A stretch of DNA of 55,312 bases, the filler included, from Stramenopiles sp. TOSAG23-3 (lineage: Eukaryota): assembly GCA_900128585.1 (NCBI GenBank). It is 4 parts of 4 records of this genome, joined end to end, with 100 filler letters (N's around TTAATTAATTAA, not from the genome) between each part and the next. Parts side by side here need not be neighbours in the genome. Positions count along the whole stretch, not along the records: positions 53,266 to 55,312 come from LT645128.1; 3 more parts are not named here. One strand, 5' to 3'. The translations under genes were made by a program, and so were the position numbers. A model generated the notes under the pieces. That model ran no database searches, was not told the origin of the DNA, and saw only the letters and a list, made by a program, of their open reading frames with translations. Below, one piece after another: positions 53,266-55,312 of this stretch (positions within the stretch are counted from its first letter, which is position 1; the number at the start of each line of letters is the position of its first letter).

Positions 53266-55312
53266 TCAGACGAAAACAAAAGCACCAGTTAACGAGTAAG
53301 GCATTGCTGTTAATTGGGGGTTGTGGTTCGTGCTTTTCGCAATGCAGCACCGATTGAAGGTTTGAAACACAATTAAAATGAGTGACCGCCAGCGTCCACG
53401 TAAGCGGAAGCGGCGAGCTCGCGAAATGGGACAAGAAGCTCAGGACGAAATGGGACAAGAAGCTCAGGACGACCTCGATCATGCCCAAGCCCACTCCCTT
53501 CGACGACGCGGACAACCGCGAGGTAGCTCAGGCGCGCGCCAAGCTAATCGGGGCGGGGCACGAGATTCCCGTCGCCGCCCAGGCGCGGGGAAAGGTCGCC
53601 GGAAACGTCGCCGAAACGGTCATGAACCGCCTGGTGCACGAAGCCAAGGCCAAGATCAGCCGGATGGAGAACGCGCCCCCGAACACGTCGGTGAAGTTCA
53701 TAATGAAACCATAAATCGACGAGTAGGCCGTCCTAAAAAAAAGACTTGGTTTAAAACTCCAGAAAAAGGTTCTCAATTTGGGACAACTTCCGGTTCTGGA
53801 AGGAAGCCGTCAGAAAGTAGGCACCATAGTGAATTGAAACGAATAAATGCTGGTATCACTCCACTCGGAAAGCGTAAAAGGAAGGACAATCGCTTAAGTG
53901 AAACATATGAAATCCAGCTTCCCAAAGACCGAAAAAAGTCTGAAGTGTTCAGCAAAGCACAAAAATTATTTGCAGCAAGGAAGAAGCAGTACGATCGGTT
54001 CCTTAGTAATTACGAGCGTAGAACACTATCTTTGCTATATTTTCCAAAATTATAGTTTGAGTTCTTCGCGCCGAGTAACAATTTTTTCCCTCCTTGTGAA
54101 GTGCAAAATTTTGCATGACTCTCCCACGATTTCAGAGGTCGTTTGACAGGAAGTTTTGTCAGCAATGTGTGCATGTAATATTTTACCAAGTTCTGTGGGA
54201 GCGTAAGAGCAGATGCAAGTTTCTCAAAACCATACTCCCCCGCCGGCAAGATTGCCTGGAAGTCTTCTAGCCAGATACTTGGATATTCCCGAGTCGCTAA
54301 TTTGCGTTGGTGGGGTAGAAGCATTCCTTGTGCCGCTTGCCACGTCCCCGCCATTCTGCTGATCGTAAGTAGCATATCCTGCTGAATCAGTCTACGAATC
54401 TTGTTCTGAAAAGACGTAGTAACTTTAACGTCGATTGAAATGTTGTCAATAATAAGTTTTTGTAACTGAGTGTTTTGTTCAACCAATAATGCCCTCATTG
54501 TATCTTCTGATCGTGACATTTGTGAGTAAATTTTCTCTTTCTCTTCTGTGGCCCTTGCAAGAGCAGAATTTTTTTCATCAAGTTTCTCGTTCAAAGCCTC
54601 CATCCTGTCTGTGGCCCTTGCAAGAGCAGAATTTTTTTCGTCAAGTTTCTCGTTCAAAGCCTCCATCCTATCAGCTTGTAGGGATGCCGACTTTTGAAAA
54701 TTATCTTTCTCTAACGTGTTTTTCACTATTAATTTGTTAAGCACTACTAGCTTCTTCTTTAATTGAGCATTTTCAGCCAACAGCGTCTTAATTTTTTCTT
54801 CAAACTTCATAGCGTGTGTACGAAGCTTTTCTTCGTGCAACTGCTTCTCACTTTGGCGAACAAGCTGCATTTCCTTGGTTTTCAGTGCTGCTAATTTTCT
54901 TTCTTCCTCCTGCACTTCTCTTTTCCGCTTCAAAGTGAGCGCCTTTGAGCACTTCTGGCAGGGCATATTTGGTTTCATAGGAGCGTTGCAATCCCGGCAT
55001 ATCGTAGTTCGTGATCGTTTGCCTTTGTTAACAAAAATTGACTCCAGCATGGAGGCGTTGCCAGCTTCAAGGGACACCATCATTTTGACCGATGGGAATT
55101 CTGTGAGATGATATGTTTTTCTACCACCTTCCCTTTTGTACAATATATTTGAAGAAATCGCCTTGTTAGCATATTTCCATAAATAATTGTGTTTCAAACC
55201 TTCAATCGGTGCTGCATAGTTCCACGTGTCCGCCATTGCGAAAAGCACGAACCACAACCCCCAATTAACAGCAATGCCTTACTCGTTAACTGGTGCTTTT
55301 GTTTTCGTCTGA
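53266..55312. repeat. Inverted repeat at both contig ends: 79 bp perfect, 19-bp indel, then 31 bp more
   Basis: 53266-53344 is the reverse complement of 55234-55312; CAGCACCGATTGAAGGTTTGAAACACAATTA (53345-53375) matches again after a 19-nt segment present only in the right arm. Confidence 0.93.
54010..55236 (-). CDS. Hypothetical coiled-coil protein with CxxC..CxxC motif
   Basis: 408-aa ORF from ATG 55236; CRDC...CQKC; long coiled coil with the tandem 21-aa (63-bp) repeat DRMEALNEKLDEKNSALARAT twice. Confidence 0.6.
   Translation of the reverse strand: MADTWNYAAPIEGLKHNYLWKYANKAISSNILYKREGGRKTYHLTEFPSVKMMVSLEAGNASMLESIFVNKGKRSRTTICRDCNAPMKPNMPCQKCSKALTLKRKREVQEEERKLAALKTKEMQLVRQSEKQLHEEKLRTHAMKFEEKIKTLLAENAQLKKKLVVLNKLIVKNTLEKDNFQKSASLQADRMEALNEKLDEKNSALARATDRMEALNEKLDEKNSALARATEEKEKIYSQMSRSEDTMRALLVEQNTQLQKLIIDNISIDVKVTTSFQNKIRRLIQQDMLLTISRMAGTWQAAQGMLLPHQRKLATREYPSIWLEDFQAILPAGEYGFEKLASALTLPQNLVKYYMHTLLTKLPVKRPLKSWESHAKFCTSQGGKKLLLGAKNSNYNFGKYSKDSVLRS

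Overview
Gene-dense eukaryotic (protist) DNA: GC-richer, mostly intronless ORFs separated by very AT-rich spacers, with a few GT-AG introns. Ciliary genes (KATNIP, p28/DNALI1) indicate a flagellated cell; a stramenopile-like origin is an inference only. The window is four assembly pieces (1-25477, 25578-51017, 51118-53165, 53266-55312) joined by artificial N44-TTAATTAATTAA-N44 linkers, so neighbourhoods across linkers mean nothing. About 23 genes can be called, including two spliced genes that the ORF track missed or split (an EF-hand protein and a 1931-aa Dna2-like nuclease-helicase). The best candidate for an undescribed system is a bacterial-style NRPS termination module (Cys-code A domain, PCP, thioesterase) fused in frame to a complete FIST/NosP sensor domain. 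Also notable: a membrane-anchored thioredoxin/thioredoxin-reductase fusion, a frameshifted FANCA-like gene near two unusual SF1 helicases, a PNGase with a jacalin lectin tail, a membrane-anchored bacterial-type UDP-galactopyranose mutase, a MITE-like repeat family at convergent gene ends, and recurrent intergenic motifs. All family calls come from motif recognition by eye; no searches were run.
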